Virus record (IMG/VR): IMGVR_UViG_3300032607_000379
Span: 5,383-69,382 of that record
Length of the DNA stretch: 64,000 nt
From: a virus
Strand: one strand, 5' to 3'
A model generated the notes under the pieces. That model saw nothing but the letters and a program-made list of their open reading frames with translations, had not been told where the DNA came from and made no database searches. Of the stretch, positions 16,337 to 26,160 are shown in pieces. Position numbers and translations under genes: made by a program. How positions within the stretch are numbered: position 1 is the stretch's first letter; every line of letters starts with the position of its first letter.

Positions 16337-17946
16337 TAAAGGATGCCGTCGCAGAAGCACTAGCACCGTGGAAGGTTGAGGATTACCTCAACGGCACAGA
16401 CTATGCGGTGGACCCGAAGTACGTACCCAGTGAGTTTGCGCTGGAGTTTGTGACCTTCATCAAGCTGGTCAACGGCCAGCAAGGCGAAGAGCATAAGACG
16501 CCACTGGTGCATTACCGAATGCTGGACACGCTGACCGAGGGTGGCAGGCGTGTGGTGAACCTGTGCCACCGAGGTATCGCCAAGACTACCGTCATGGGCG
16601 AGTACCTGTTCCTGTACATCGCAGTCTACGGGGAGATCCCTGGCTTTGGCCGGATTGACTTGGCTCTGTATGTATCTGACTCCATTGAAAACGGTGTCAA
16701 GAACATGCGCAAGAACTTGGAGTTCCGGCACGATAACTCCGAGTTCCTGAAGGAGTACATCCCTGAGATCCGCTTCACGGACATCCGCTGGGAGTTCAAG
16801 AACGCTGACGGCAAGGTGTTCATTGTCAAAGGCTACGGAGCCAAGACAGGTGTGCGGGGAGCCAAGGAGATGGGCAAGCGCCCCCAGTTGGCAGTGCTGG
16901 ATGACTTGATCAGCGACGAGGACGCCCGCTCTGTAACAGTGGTGTCTGCCGTGGAAGACACGGTCTACAAGGCGGTGAACTACGCACTGCACCCAACCAA
17001 GAACATGATCATCTGGTCAGGGACTCCCTTCAATGCGAAGGATCCTTTGTACAAAGCGGTGGAGTCTGGCGCTTGGAGCGTCAACGTGTTCCCTGTATGC
17101 GAGGTCTACCCCTGCACGAAAGAAGCATTCCGGGGCAGCTGGCCTGACCGCTTCACGTTTGAGTACGTCAAAGAGCAATACGACACTGCCATCAAGTCTG
17201 GGAAGGTGGAAACCTTTAACCAGGAGCTGATGCTTCGAATCATGAGCGAAGAAGACCGAATGATTCAGGACGGGGATATCGGCTGGTACAAGCTCGATGC
17301 GGTCATCCGCAACAAGTCCCGGTTTAACTTCTATATCACCACTGACTTTGCTACGTCTGAGAAGGACAAGGCAGATTATTCTTTTATATCAGTCTGGGCT
17401 TACAACAATGTAGGAGACTGGTTATGGGTAGACGGTGTTTGCAAACGACAACTAATGGACAAAAACATTGATGACTTATTCCGTCTTGCACAAAACTACA
17501 AGCCGCAGTCTGTGGGTATTGAAGTTACTGGTCAGCAGGGTGGGTTCATCCAGTGGATCCAAGGACAGATGCTTGAACGGAATATTTACTTCCCTCTTGC
17601 TAGCGAAGGAAATGATACCAAGCCAGGGATCCGACCCAATACTAACAAGATGGTCCGTTTTAACACCGTGGTTCCTTTGTTCAAAGCACGAAAGATATTC
17701 TTTCCATTAGAAAGAAAGACCGAAGCTACAATTGCTGAAGCTGTAAATGAATTAAGCTTGGTATCTGTTTCTGGTTTCAGAAGCAAGCACGATGACTTTC
17801 TGGATACTGTTTCTATGCTGTCTGCACTGACGCCGTGGAAACCCTCTGAAGAAGCGCCGTTAGTTACCTCTGGCAAATCAGACGGTATGTGGGATCTTGA
17901 TGTCCAAGATGACAGCATGGATCGCATTGCCTCGTATATTGTTTAA
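16333..17946 (+). CDS. terL: terminase large subunit (N4 gp68-like)
   Basis: CHRGIAKTT, LAVLDDL, TTDFA, KHDDFLD. Confidence 0.95.
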   Translation: MIKDAVAEALAPWKVEDYLNGTDYAVDPKYVPSEFALEFVTFIKLVNGQQGEEHKTPLVHYRMLDTLTEGGRRVVNLCHRGIAKTTVMGEYLFLYIAVYGEIPGFGRIDLALYVSDSIENGVKNMRKNLEFRHDNSEFLKEYIPEIRFTDIRWEFKNADGKVFIVKGYGAKTGVRGAKEMGKRPQLAVLDDLISDEDARSVTVVSAVEDTVYKAVNYALHPTKNMIIWSGTPFNAKDPLYKAVESGAWSVNVFPVCEVYPCTKEAFRGSWPDRFTFEYVKEQYDTAIKSGKVETFNQELMLRIMSEEDRMIQDGDIGWYKLDAVIRNKSRFNFYITTDFATSEKDKADYSFISVWAYNNVGDWLWVDGVCKRQLMDKNIDDLFRLAQNYKPQSVGIEVTGQQGGFIQWIQGQMLERNIYFPLASEGNDTKPGIRPNTNKMVRFNTVVPLFKARKIFFPLERKTEATIAEAVNELSLVSVSGFRSKHDDFLDTVSMLSALTPWKPSEEAPLVTSGKSDGMWDLDVQDDSMDRIASYIV

Positions 17947-17955
17947 GGACTAGAC

Positions 17956-18696
17956 ATGACGCTTCAAGAAGTATTCGATCAATTGACCTATGGCGAGCTG
18001 AGCCAACTCAATATTGGTGGCGCTGGTGCTGGGATTATTAATAGAACCAACTACGTTCGCGTGCTGTCGCACGTTAGCCTTGGGCTAACTTCGATTTACA
18101 AACGGTTTGCCTTGAAGGAAGGCCGTGTAACGCTACAGCTGACGCCGACTATCAGCACTTACTCGCTGAACAGCAAGTTTGCCGTCAGCAACCGCCTTTC
18201 GCGGGAGCCAATTAAGTACTTGCTGGACAGCGCCATGCTGCCGTTCCAAGACGATGTGCTCAAAGTTGAACAGGTGCTCACAGACTTGGGACTGGAGCTG
18301 TCACTCAACGACAAATCTGACCCGCATTCGGTCATGACCCCGGCAGCGACCACGCTGCGCGTACCTTTTTCGGTGGTACTGCGTGCCATGGATCTACCCG
18401 AGCAGCTTAAAACTGGAACGCTGGAAGTGGTGTATCGAGCTAACCATTTCAAGATTGATCCAGATGACTTTGAGCCTGATGTGCTTCAGCTGGAATTGCC
18501 TGACGCTTATCAAGAAGCGCTCTTGTACTTTGTCGCCAGCCGGGTGAACAACCCCATTGGCTTGACGAATGAGTTCAATGCAGCCAACAACTACGCTGCT
18601 AAGTACGAGCAAGCCTGCCAGCAGCTTGAGCTGCAGAACCTGCAAGTCGATCAGGGCAGCGAAGGCAGCAAGTTGTATGACCGAGGCTGGGTTTAA
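17956..18696 (+). CDS. head-tail adaptor-like virion protein (N4 gp67-like)
   Basis: LTYGELSQL start and RGWV end; follows TerL. Confidence 0.8.
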   Translation: MTLQEVFDQLTYGELSQLNIGGAGAGIINRTNYVRVLSHVSLGLTSIYKRFALKEGRVTLQLTPTISTYSLNSKFAVSNRLSREPIKYLLDSAMLPFQDDVLKVEQVLTDLGLELSLNDKSDPHSVMTPAATTLRVPFSVVLRAMDLPEQLKTGTLEVVYRANHFKIDPDDFEPDVLQLELPDAYQEALLYFVASRVNNPIGLTNEFNAANNYAAKYEQACQQLELQNLQVDQGSEGSKLYDRGWV

Positions 18697-18707
18697 AGGA
18701 AACACAC

Positions 18708-18890
18708 ATGGCAACCAAACCTAAATCGACAGTTAATGCAGCGGGTAACTACACCAAGCCAACCATGCGCAAGACGCTGTTTGAAAACATCAAGGCCGGA
18801 ACTAAAGGCGGTGATCCTGGCGAATGGAGCGCACGTAAGGCGCAGTTGCTGGCCGTGCAATACAAAGCAAAAGGCGGAGGATATAAATAA
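18708..18890 (+). CDS. basic protein, N-half of DUF5872-like family
   Basis: YTKP..R....IKAG.KGG.PGEWSARKAQLLA..YK.KGGGYK. Confidence 0.75.
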   Translation: MATKPKSTVNAAGNYTKPTMRKTLFENIKAGTKGGDPGEWSARKAQLLAVQYKAKGGGYK

Positions 18891-19120
18891 TGAAAGCTCC
18901 ACAACAATCGCTGAAAAGCTGGGGCGACCAGAAATGGCGCACTAGTGACGGCACGCCATCAGATGGCAAGAAGCGTTACTTGCCTGACGCTGCGTGGAGT
19001 GCGCTGAGTCCTGCAGAAAAAGCAGCGACTAACCGGGGCAAAGCCCAAGGTAATCGCAGTGGCAAGCAGTTTGTAGCGCAGCCTGCCAAGGTTGCCGCCA
19101 AGACATCCAAGTTTCGTTAA
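18890..19120 (+). CDS. basic protein, C-half of DUF5872-like family
   Basis: QQSLKSW..QKWRT...RYLP.AAW.ALSP.E.AATN...GKQFV. Confidence 0.75.
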   Translation: MKAPQQSLKSWGDQKWRTSDGTPSDGKKRYLPDAAWSALSPAEKAATNRGKAQGNRSGKQFVAQPAKVAAKTSKFR

Positions 19121-19147
19121 CTTCAATTGACCATCAGGAGTATTGCT

Positions 19148-19246
19148 ATGTATGACAAAAAAATGGCCCCCATGAAACCAGCTGCTAAGAAGCCACCTGC
19201 TAAAAGCAAAATGCCTAGCAAGACTCCGGCTAAAAAAGGCATGTAA
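19148..19246 (+). CDS. 32-aa Lys/Pro-rich peptide
   Basis: MYDKKMAPMKPAAKKPPAKSKMPSKTPAKKGM; AGGAG RBS. Confidence 0.6.
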   Translation: MYDKKMAPMKPAAKKPPAKSKMPSKTPAKKGM

Positions 19247-19510
19247 GTGGCTACCAAAGACTCGCGTCTTGTTAATGCAGGGGTGGCTGGCTTTAATCAG
19301 CCCAAAGCTACGCCCAGTCACCCGACTAAAAGCCATGTAGTAGTGGCTAAGTCTGGCGACCAGATCAAGACCATCCGCTTTGGGCAGCAAGGCGTCAAGG
19401 GATCGCCCGATGGATCGGCACGTAACGAGGCTTTCAAAGCCCGACACGCCCAAGACATTGCAAAAGGCAAGCTCAGTGCTGCGTACTGGGCCAACAAAGT
19501 TAAATGGTAA
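19247..19510 (+). CDS. small basic phage protein
   Basis: KTIRFGQQG...FKARH...SAAYWANKVKW conserved phage pattern. Confidence 0.75.
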   Translation: MATKDSRLVNAGVAGFNQPKATPSHPTKSHVVVAKSGDQIKTIRFGQQGVKGSPDGSARNEAFKARHAQDIAKGKLSAAYWANKVKW

Positions 19511-19534
19511 TTCCTAATCGGAGCATGACCACCT

Positions 19535-21697
19535 ATGAATGAAGTCAACAAGTCCTCAGACGTGGGTGTCAAGCCTCTGACCGAGTGGAAAAAAGAGCCT
19601 ACGGTACTTGATTTGAAGCAAGACCTTCAGGACGCTACCCCCATACACGACAACCAGGTCATCAAGATCAATGAGTGGCTGGACAACCTGAACATCACTG
19701 GCAAAGCCAAGGTGTCTACAGGCAAGGGCAACTCCAGCATCGTGCCCAAGCTCATCCGAAAACAAGCCGAGTGGCGGTACGCCTCTTTGAGCGAGCCATT
19801 CCTGAGCACGGACGATGTATTCAACGTCAAGCCCGTGACCGCTGAAGATCGCAAAGCCGCCCAGCAAAACCAATTGGTTCTGAACCACCAGCTCAACAAC
19901 CACATCGACAAGACCAAGTTCATAGACGAGTACATTCGTGCTGCTGTCGATGAAGGCACAGTCATTGTGCGGGTAGGTTGGCACTTTGAAGAAGAGGAAA
20001 TAGAAGTCACCGTGCCAGATGTGCAGTTTCAGGTAAATCCGGAAATGGGTCCGCTGCATGAGCAGCTGCACAACCTGATGCAAAGCTCGCCCAGCGAGTA
20101 CGCCACCAATGTGCCGGATGAACTCAAAGAAGCCCATGACCTGACGATGGAGCAAGGCCAGCCCGTTGAGCCAGTGATTGTTGGGGACAAGCAAGTCAAA
20201 CAGATGCGTACGGTCAAGAACCGCCCAACGCTTGAAGTGTGTGACTACCGCAACGTGATCATTGACCCGACTTGCAATGGCGACATCAGCAAGGCCAAGT
20301 TCCTTGGCTTTACGTTTGAGTCTTCCTTGGCTGAACTCAAGACCGATGGAAAGAAGTACCAAAACTTGGACCGCATCAATGTGGAATCCAACTCAATTTT
20401 GGGAACTCCTGACTACAACGCAATCGGTGACACGCAGACGTTTAACTTCTCAGACGAGCCGCGCAAAAAGTTTGTGGTGCAAGAGTACTGGGGCTACCGG
20501 GACATTGATGGCTCAGGCTTGATCAAGCCAATTGTTGCCGCCTGGGTAGGCGACACCATGATCCGTCTGGAGGACAACCCGTTCCCAGACAAAGAGATTC
20601 CCTTTGTAGTCGAGCAGTACCTGCCCGTGCGCAAGTCCAACTATGGTGAGCCAGACGGCGCATTGTTGGAGGATAACCAGCGGGTTATCGGTGCAGTAAC
20701 GCGGGGCATGATTGACGTAATGGGCAAGTCAGCCAATGGCCAGACAGGTATCCGCAAAGACATGTTGGACACCACCAACCGCAGGAAGTTTGACAAGGGC
20801 TTGGACTATGAGTTCAACGCCAACGTCGATCCCCGCCAAGGTGTGTACATGCACACTTACCCAGAGATCCCGCAGTCTGCTCAGTTCATGCTGCAGTTGC
20901 AGAACATGGAAGCGGAATCCCTGACGGGGGTTAAAGCCTACTCGCAGGGCGTGACAGGTATGGGTCTGGGCGATGTAGCCGCAGGCGTGCGCGGGGCATT
21001 GGACGCAGCTTCCAAGCGTGAGCTTGGGATCCTTCGGCGCTTGTCCAGCGGCATCATCAAGATTGGCCGAAAGATCATCAGCATGAACGCTGAGTTCCTT
21101 TCTGACGAAGAAGTGGTGCGCGTGACCAATGAAGAATTTGTCACGGTACGCAAAGACGATCTGCCGGGCAAGTTTGATTTGCGGCTGTCTATTTCCACGG
21201 CGGAAGAAGACAACAACAAAGCCGAACAACTGGCTTTCATGCTGCAGACCACAGGCAACAACATGGACGGCGAGCTACGCAACATGATTCTGTCTGATAT
21301 TGCGCGTCTGAGAAAGATGCCTGATCTGGCCAAGAAGATTGAGACATTCCAGCCTCAGCCAAATGAACTGGCTCAGCGTAAAGCTGAGTTGGAAGTACAG
21401 CTGTTGGAAGCACAGTTGGAAAACGAACGTGCTCAAGCAATGGAACGTCAATCAGGTGCTCAGTTGGACATGGCTAAAGCAGGTACTGAGCAGGCTAAGC
21501 AGCAGTATCTCAAGTCAGATACTGATTTGAAGAACCTGGACTTTGTTGAACAGGAGTCCGGCGTTAAACAAGAGCGGTCCAAGGAACTTCATGGTGAACA
21601 GGCCCGTAGCCAAGCCAAACTAAAGATGATGGACCGCAACTTTGTTAATGAAGATCGCAACTCTGATTTGTTAAAAGAGTACTTACGCCAGAGATAA
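19535..21697 (+). CDS. portal protein (N4 gp59-like)
   Basis: PKLIRKQAEWRYASLSEPFL; 720 aa; synteny. Confidence 0.93.
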   Translation: MNEVNKSSDVGVKPLTEWKKEPTVLDLKQDLQDATPIHDNQVIKINEWLDNLNITGKAKVSTGKGNSSIVPKLIRKQAEWRYASLSEPFLSTDDVFNVKPVTAEDRKAAQQNQLVLNHQLNNHIDKTKFIDEYIRAAVDEGTVIVRVGWHFEEEEIEVTVPDVQFQVNPEMGPLHEQLHNLMQSSPSEYATNVPDELKEAHDLTMEQGQPVEPVIVGDKQVKQMRTVKNRPTLEVCDYRNVIIDPTCNGDISKAKFLGFTFESSLAELKTDGKKYQNLDRINVESNSILGTPDYNAIGDTQTFNFSDEPRKKFVVQEYWGYRDIDGSGLIKPIVAAWVGDTMIRLEDNPFPDKEIPFVVEQYLPVRKSNYGEPDGALLEDNQRVIGAVTRGMIDVMGKSANGQTGIRKDMLDTTNRRKFDKGLDYEFNANVDPRQGVYMHTYPEIPQSAQFMLQLQNMEAESLTGVKAYSQGVTGMGLGDVAAGVRGALDAASKRELGILRRLSSGIIKIGRKIISMNAEFLSDEEVVRVTNEEFVTVRKDDLPGKFDLRLSISTAEEDNNKAEQLAFMLQTTGNNMDGELRNMILSDIARLRKMPDLAKKIETFQPQPNELAQRKAELEVQLLEAQLENERAQAMERQSGAQLDMAKAGTEQAKQQYLKSDTDLKNLDFVEQESGVKQERSKELHGEQARSQAKLKMMDRNFVNEDRNSDLLKEYLRQR

Positions 21698-21779
21698 TAT
21701 TAATTTGCTATATAGTACGGGACGTTTAAGGTATTAATTTTTAAACGCCTCTATTAACTTTCAAAGCACTGGTAGACCA

Positions 21780-22121
21780 ATGAGTACTGAAACAATCCAA
21801 GAGATTGAGCAAAACATCAAACAAGCCAAAAGCTTGGTTGAATTTGGAGATGCCTTGGAGCGCCTAAAAGGCAACAAGGATTTCAAGAAAGTAATTGTTG
21901 AAGGTTTCTTTGAGAAAGAAGCCATCCGACTGGTTCACTTAAAAGCGGACCGGAATATGCAAAGCGGCGATATTCAAAAATCAATCATCACCCAAATGGA
22001 TGCTGTAGGCGTACTGAGCCAGTACTTCAACACAATCCTTATTCAAGCGAATCAGGCTAGCAAATCAATTGCTGCTGATGAAGAAGCCCGTGATGAACTG
22101 CTTGCAGAGGAACTTCAATAA
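21780..22121 (+). CDS. N4 gp58-like protein
   Basis: ALERL..NKDFKKVI.EGF; position after portal. Confidence 0.75.
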   Translation: MSTETIQEIEQNIKQAKSLVEFGDALERLKGNKDFKKVIVEGFFEKEAIRLVHLKADRNMQSGDIQKSIITQMDAVGVLSQYFNTILIQANQASKSIAADEEARDELLAEELQ

Positions 22122-23275
22122 TGTCAGATACCGTAGTCGATACCCCAGTTAATGAATCCGCTGCCGTTGAGCAGACGAATTACCTCAGCATGTCTGACGC
22201 TGAAATCATGGCAGGAGGTGTGCTGTCCGCTCCTGCTTCTACTGCCCAAGCAGATGACGAAGAAGACAGCAACGAAGATGCTGATGATGCAGGTGAAACA
22301 GCACAGGCTGCTGGTCCCTTTACAAACAATGACGAAGACCAAGACGATGCAGCTGACGAAGGAGCCGGAACGGCGACGAACGAAGCTGCAGAGTCGGCAG
22401 ACACCAAAGCTCCTGAAGCTGAGCAAGAGCCAGAAGTCAAGATTGACTATGAAGCCGAATACAAGCGGCTGACCGCACCCTTCAAGGCTAATGGCCGGGA
22501 GATTCAGGTCAAGTCTGCCGAGGATGCAATTGCGCTCATGCAGATGGGTGCGAACTACAACAAGAAGATGGCGGCATTGAAGCCGAATCTGAAAATCATG
22601 AAGCTGTTGGAAAACAACAACTTGATGAACGAGGAAAAGCTCAGCTTTTTGATTGACCTGGATAAAAAAAATCCAGCCGCAATCAACAAGCTAGTTAAGG
22701 AAAGCGGCATTGATCCTATGGATCTTGACGCTGAGAAAGCAGGCGAGTACAGACCGAAAATTCACGCTGTTGATGACCGAGAGATTGATCTGGATACGGT
22801 TCTTGATGAAATTCAAGATACTCCAACGTATGCCCGGACATTGGACGTTGTCAGTCAGAAGTGGGACGGTGCAAGCAAACAGGTTATTTCGCAGACACCA
22901 CAACTGTTGAAAGTCATTAACGCCCACATGGAGTCGGGCATCTATGACTTGATCAGTAAAGAGGTTGAAAGCGAACGCGTGTTTGGTCGCTTAAATGGTT
23001 TGTCTGATATTGAAGCTTACCGGCAAGTAGGTGATGCGATCCAGGCGCGAAGTGGGTTTGATCATTTGGGCCAAGCCCAAAAGAAACCACAAGCTTCTGC
23101 CCCAGTGATCGTGGAACCTAAACCGAAGAAAGCCGAAGATGACAGGCTCAAGGAAAAAAGGCGAGCTGCAAGCTCCACTAAACCTGTATCTCCTACGGCA
23201 ACTACCAAGGACTTCAATCCATTGGCTTTGTCGGACGAGGAATTCAGCAAACTTGCTGATAACAGGTTCCGTTAA
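22121..23275 (+). CDS. scaffold-like protein (N4 gp57-like)
   Basis: Acidic N-terminus; PFKANG...[11 protein letters not shown]; directly before the capsid gene. Confidence 0.85.
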   Translation: MSDTVVDTPVNESAAVEQTNYLSMSDAEIMAGGVLSAPASTAQADDEEDSNEDADDAGETAQAAGPFTNNDEDQDDAADEGAGTATNEAAESADTKAPEAEQEPEVKIDYEAEYKRLTAPFKANGREIQVKSAEDAIALMQMGANYNKKMAALKPNLKIMKLLENNNLMNEEKLSFLIDLDKKNPAAINKLVKESGIDPMDLDAEKAGEYRPKIHAVDDREIDLDTVLDEIQDTPTYARTLDVVSQKWDGASKQVISQTPQLLKVINAHMESGIYDLISKEVESERVFGRLNGLSDIEAYRQVGDAIQARSGFDHLGQAQKKPQASAPVIVEPKPKKAEDDRLKEKRRAASSTKPVSPTATTKDFNPLALSDEEFSKLADNRFR

Positions 23276-23298
23276 TTTTAATTATCAAGGAACTGACA

Positions 23299-24465
23299 AT
23301 GTCTATTCAATATAAGTCGCCCCCCGCCGTCGCTTCCAGCGTCGGTCCGCAAATCACCAATGAGTTCTATCAGAAGAAAGCTCTGATCGAAGCTCAAAAA
23401 GAGCAGTACTTCAGCCAGCTGGCCGATGTGACCTCTATGCCCAAGAATCTGGGCAAGAAAATCAAGCGTTACCACTACCTGCCGCTGCTCGATGACGACA
23501 ACATCAATGACCAGGGTATCGACGCTGCAGGCGTGACCAGTGCTGGCGGCAATCTGTATGGTTCGTCCAAAGACATCGGCACGATCACGGGCAAACTGCC
23601 TGTGCTGTCCGAGTCGGGTGGCCGCGTCAACCGTGTTGGCTTCAAGCGTAAGGAAATTGAAGGCACGCTGGAAAAGTTTGGCTTTTTTGACGAATACACC
23701 CAGGAATCGCTGGACTTTGATACGGACGCTGAGTTGATGATGCACATCAACCGCGAAATGATCATGGGCGCCAACGAGATGACCGAAGACGCGCTGCAAA
23801 TTGACCTGATCAGCGCTGCTGGCGTGATCAAGTACGCAGGCAACGCTACGTCTAACGTCACCATGGGCGCTGATGCCTTGGTTAGCTACCGCGACTTGAT
23901 GCAGCTGTCTATTGATCTGGATAACAACCGCACTCCAAAGCACACCAAGGTGATCAATGGCTCGCGCATGGTTGATACCCGTGTCCTGCCTGCAGCCCGT
24001 GTGGCCTACATCGGTACTGAGTTGCTGCCAACCTTCAAAGCCATGAAGGATCTGCATAACAACCCAGCTTTTATCGCTGTTGAGCAGTACGCCGCTGGTG
24101 GTGAGACGCTGCGCGGTGAAGCCGGTGCTGTGGACCAGTTCCGTCTGGTGGTTGTCCCTGAGATGGTCAAGTTTGCTGGCGCTGGTGCTGATGCGTCTGC
24201 CGATTCTGCCAACTACGAGACGAGCAACAAGTTCGACGTGTTCCCAATCCTGGTTGTTGGCGATGAATCCTTCACGACTGTTGGTTTCCAGACCGATGGC
24301 AAGACCGTGAAGTTCAAGATCACCCACAAGATGCCGGGTGAAGCAACTGCTGACCGTAACGATCCATATGGTGAGACGGGCTTTATGTCGATCAAGTGGT
24401 ACTACGGCTTTATGGCTCTGCGTCCTGAGCGTATTGCTCTGATCAAGACGGTTGCCCGTCTGTAA
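23299..24465 (+). CDS. major capsid protein (N4 gp56-like)
   Basis: [43 protein letters not shown]. Confidence 0.96.
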   Translation: MSIQYKSPPAVASSVGPQITNEFYQKKALIEAQKEQYFSQLADVTSMPKNLGKKIKRYHYLPLLDDDNINDQGIDAAGVTSAGGNLYGSSKDIGTITGKLPVLSESGGRVNRVGFKRKEIEGTLEKFGFFDEYTQESLDFDTDAELMMHINREMIMGANEMTEDALQIDLISAAGVIKYAGNATSNVTMGADALVSYRDLMQLSIDLDNNRTPKHTKVINGSRMVDTRVLPAARVAYIGTELLPTFKAMKDLHNNPAFIAVEQYAAGGETLRGEAGAVDQFRLVVVPEMVKFAGAGADASADSANYETSNKFDVFPILVVGDESFTTVGFQTDGKTVKFKITHKMPGEATADRNDPYGETGFMSIKWYYGFMALRPERIALIKTVARL

Positions 24466-24476
24466 GTAGGTGAGTT

Positions 24477-24509
24477 AAGGGAGTGGGCCACAAGCTCGCT
24501 CCCTTTTTT
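24477..24509 (+). terminator. rho-independent terminator after capsid gene
   Basis: GGGAGTGGGC-cacaa-GCTCGCTCCC plus T tract. Confidence 0.8.
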
Positions 24510-24545
24510 TCTGAGTATTTGTTTATCCCCTATTGAGGAATCGCA

Positions 24546-25124
24546 ATGTCTGATATCGACAACGACCAACCACTTGTGCAAGACGAGCTAGCCACCTTGA
24601 AGGCGCGTGCCGACATGCTGGGCGTCACCTACCACCCTGCCATTGGTCTGGAAAAACTCAAAACTAAAGTAGCTGCTGCCTTGAGCGGCGAGCAAGAACA
24701 AGCAGCAGCTGAAGCCAAGCCCGAATTGGCAGCAGCTGCAGAAGTTCCAGAGACAGAAGGTGCAAAGCGCCTGCGTCTGAAGCGCAAAGCTAACGAGTTG
24801 GTGCGTATTCGGGTGTCCTGCATGAATCCCGCCAAGGCTGAGTGGGAAGGCGAGATCTTTACCTGCGGCAATTCACTGGTGGGTTCGGTCAAGAAGTTTG
24901 TCCCTTTCAACACTGAAGACGGCTGGCATGTACCGCGCATCATTTATGAACAAATGCGCGAGCGCCAGTGCCAGATCTTTGTGGCTGTGCGTGACTCACG
25001 CGGCAACACCTCCCGCAAGGGCAAGCTCATCAAGGAATTTGCCATTGAAGTACTTGCTCCGTTGACGGCAGAAGAGCTTCATGACTTGGCTCAGCGCCAA
25101 GCCATCAGCAAATCCATCGACTGA
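24546..25124 (+). CDS. N4 gp55-like protein
   Basis: LKARADMLGV, LVRIRVSCMNPAK, KKFVPF; synteny. Confidence 0.85.
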   Translation: MSDIDNDQPLVQDELATLKARADMLGVTYHPAIGLEKLKTKVAAALSGEQEQAAAEAKPELAAAAEVPETEGAKRLRLKRKANELVRIRVSCMNPAKAEWEGEIFTCGNSLVGSVKKFVPFNTEDGWHVPRIIYEQMRERQCQIFVAVRDSRGNTSRKGKLIKEFAIEVLAPLTAEELHDLAQRQAISKSID

Positions 25125-25149
25125 TTGACCACCTAGCCCGGATAGACCT

Positions 25150-26091
25150 ATGACTACTATTGCTGTCAGCGACCTGACCCAAGCCCGCCTGGATGGCACA
25201 GGCGTATTTGATGTCTTGATGCGTGCCAACGCAGCGCATCTGGAATCAGAGTTCGGCAAAGGCCGAATCAAGGGGCCAGAGTATTCAACGGTCTATCTGG
25301 GATCGCTTACCCAGGTGCTGCAGACAGCACTTAGTTTTCTACTGACCAAGGACAAAACTGCGCTGGAAGTTGAGCTGTTGAACAAACAGATTTTGCTAGC
25401 TGGCAAGGAGCTGCTTAAAGCTGATGCTGCATTGGCACAAATTGAAGCACAGACTGCTTTGATTAACCAGCAAAAAGCCAATGCTGTAGTAGAAGCTTTG
25501 AACATTCCTAAACAGGGTGTAGTCCTTGATAAACAAGCAGCACAGATTACGCAACAAACCACTAATTTAGTTGCTGAAGCCCTTAATATTCCAAAGCAGG
25601 GTTTGGTCATTGATGCTAACAAAGCACAAGTTACTCAACAGACACTGAATCTGACTTCGCAAAAGTTGCAACTAGAAGCGCAAACCGCATTGGTTACGCA
25701 GCAAAAAGCCAACGCAATTATTGAAGGCACAGTTCTACTGGCTACTGAGTGCAAGCTTCGTGCAGAGTTTGATGTGCTGGTTAGTACCAACCTCAAGATT
25801 GCACAGGAAACTTCGTTGTTGGCGCAGAAATCAGCAACAGAGCGTGCACAGGTTACGGCACTGGGTGTGGATGACAACTCGGTAGTGGGTCGGCAAAAGC
25901 AGCTGTACCAAGCACAGACCTCTGGCTTCTCGCGGGATGCCGAGCAAAAAGCAGCCAAGGTCATGGTTGATACGTGGAACGTACGTCGCACAACAGATCC
26001 CGATGCAGCGCCAGCGGATGGCACTAACAAGTTGAGCGATGTGTTTGTGGGCCAAGCCGTTACCAAGTTGCTTTCAGGCGTGGGCCTGTAG
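25150..26091 (+). CDS. virion structural protein (N4 gp54-like)
   Basis: GTGVFDVLM...GRIKG.EY; internal EALNIPKQG repeat. Confidence 0.85.
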   Translation: MTTIAVSDLTQARLDGTGVFDVLMRANAAHLESEFGKGRIKGPEYSTVYLGSLTQVLQTALSFLLTKDKTALEVELLNKQILLAGKELLKADAALAQIEAQTALINQQKANAVVEALNIPKQGVVLDKQAAQITQQTTNLVAEALNIPKQGLVIDANKAQVTQQTLNLTSQKLQLEAQTALVTQQKANAIIEGTVLLATECKLRAEFDVLVSTNLKIAQETSLLAQKSATERAQVTALGVDDNSVVGRQKQLYQAQTSGFSRDAEQKAAKVMVDTWNVRRTTDPDAAPADGTNKLSDVFVGQAVTKLLSGVGL

Positions 26092-26110
26092 AAGCGCAGA
26101 CCACAAGATC

Positions 26111-26138
26111 AGGGGAGCCGAGTGCTCCCCTTTTTTTA
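26111..26138 (+). terminator. rho-independent terminator
   Basis: AGGGGAGC-cgagt-GCTCCCCT plus T tract. Confidence 0.8.
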
Positions 26139-26160
26139 TCACCAAAGAAGGCACAGCTTT

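Noticed and set aside
23278-24327. 349-aa antisense ORF over the capsid gene, and similar shadows over terL, portal, primase and nrdA
   Set aside because: Explained by codon bias of strongly expressed sense genes.
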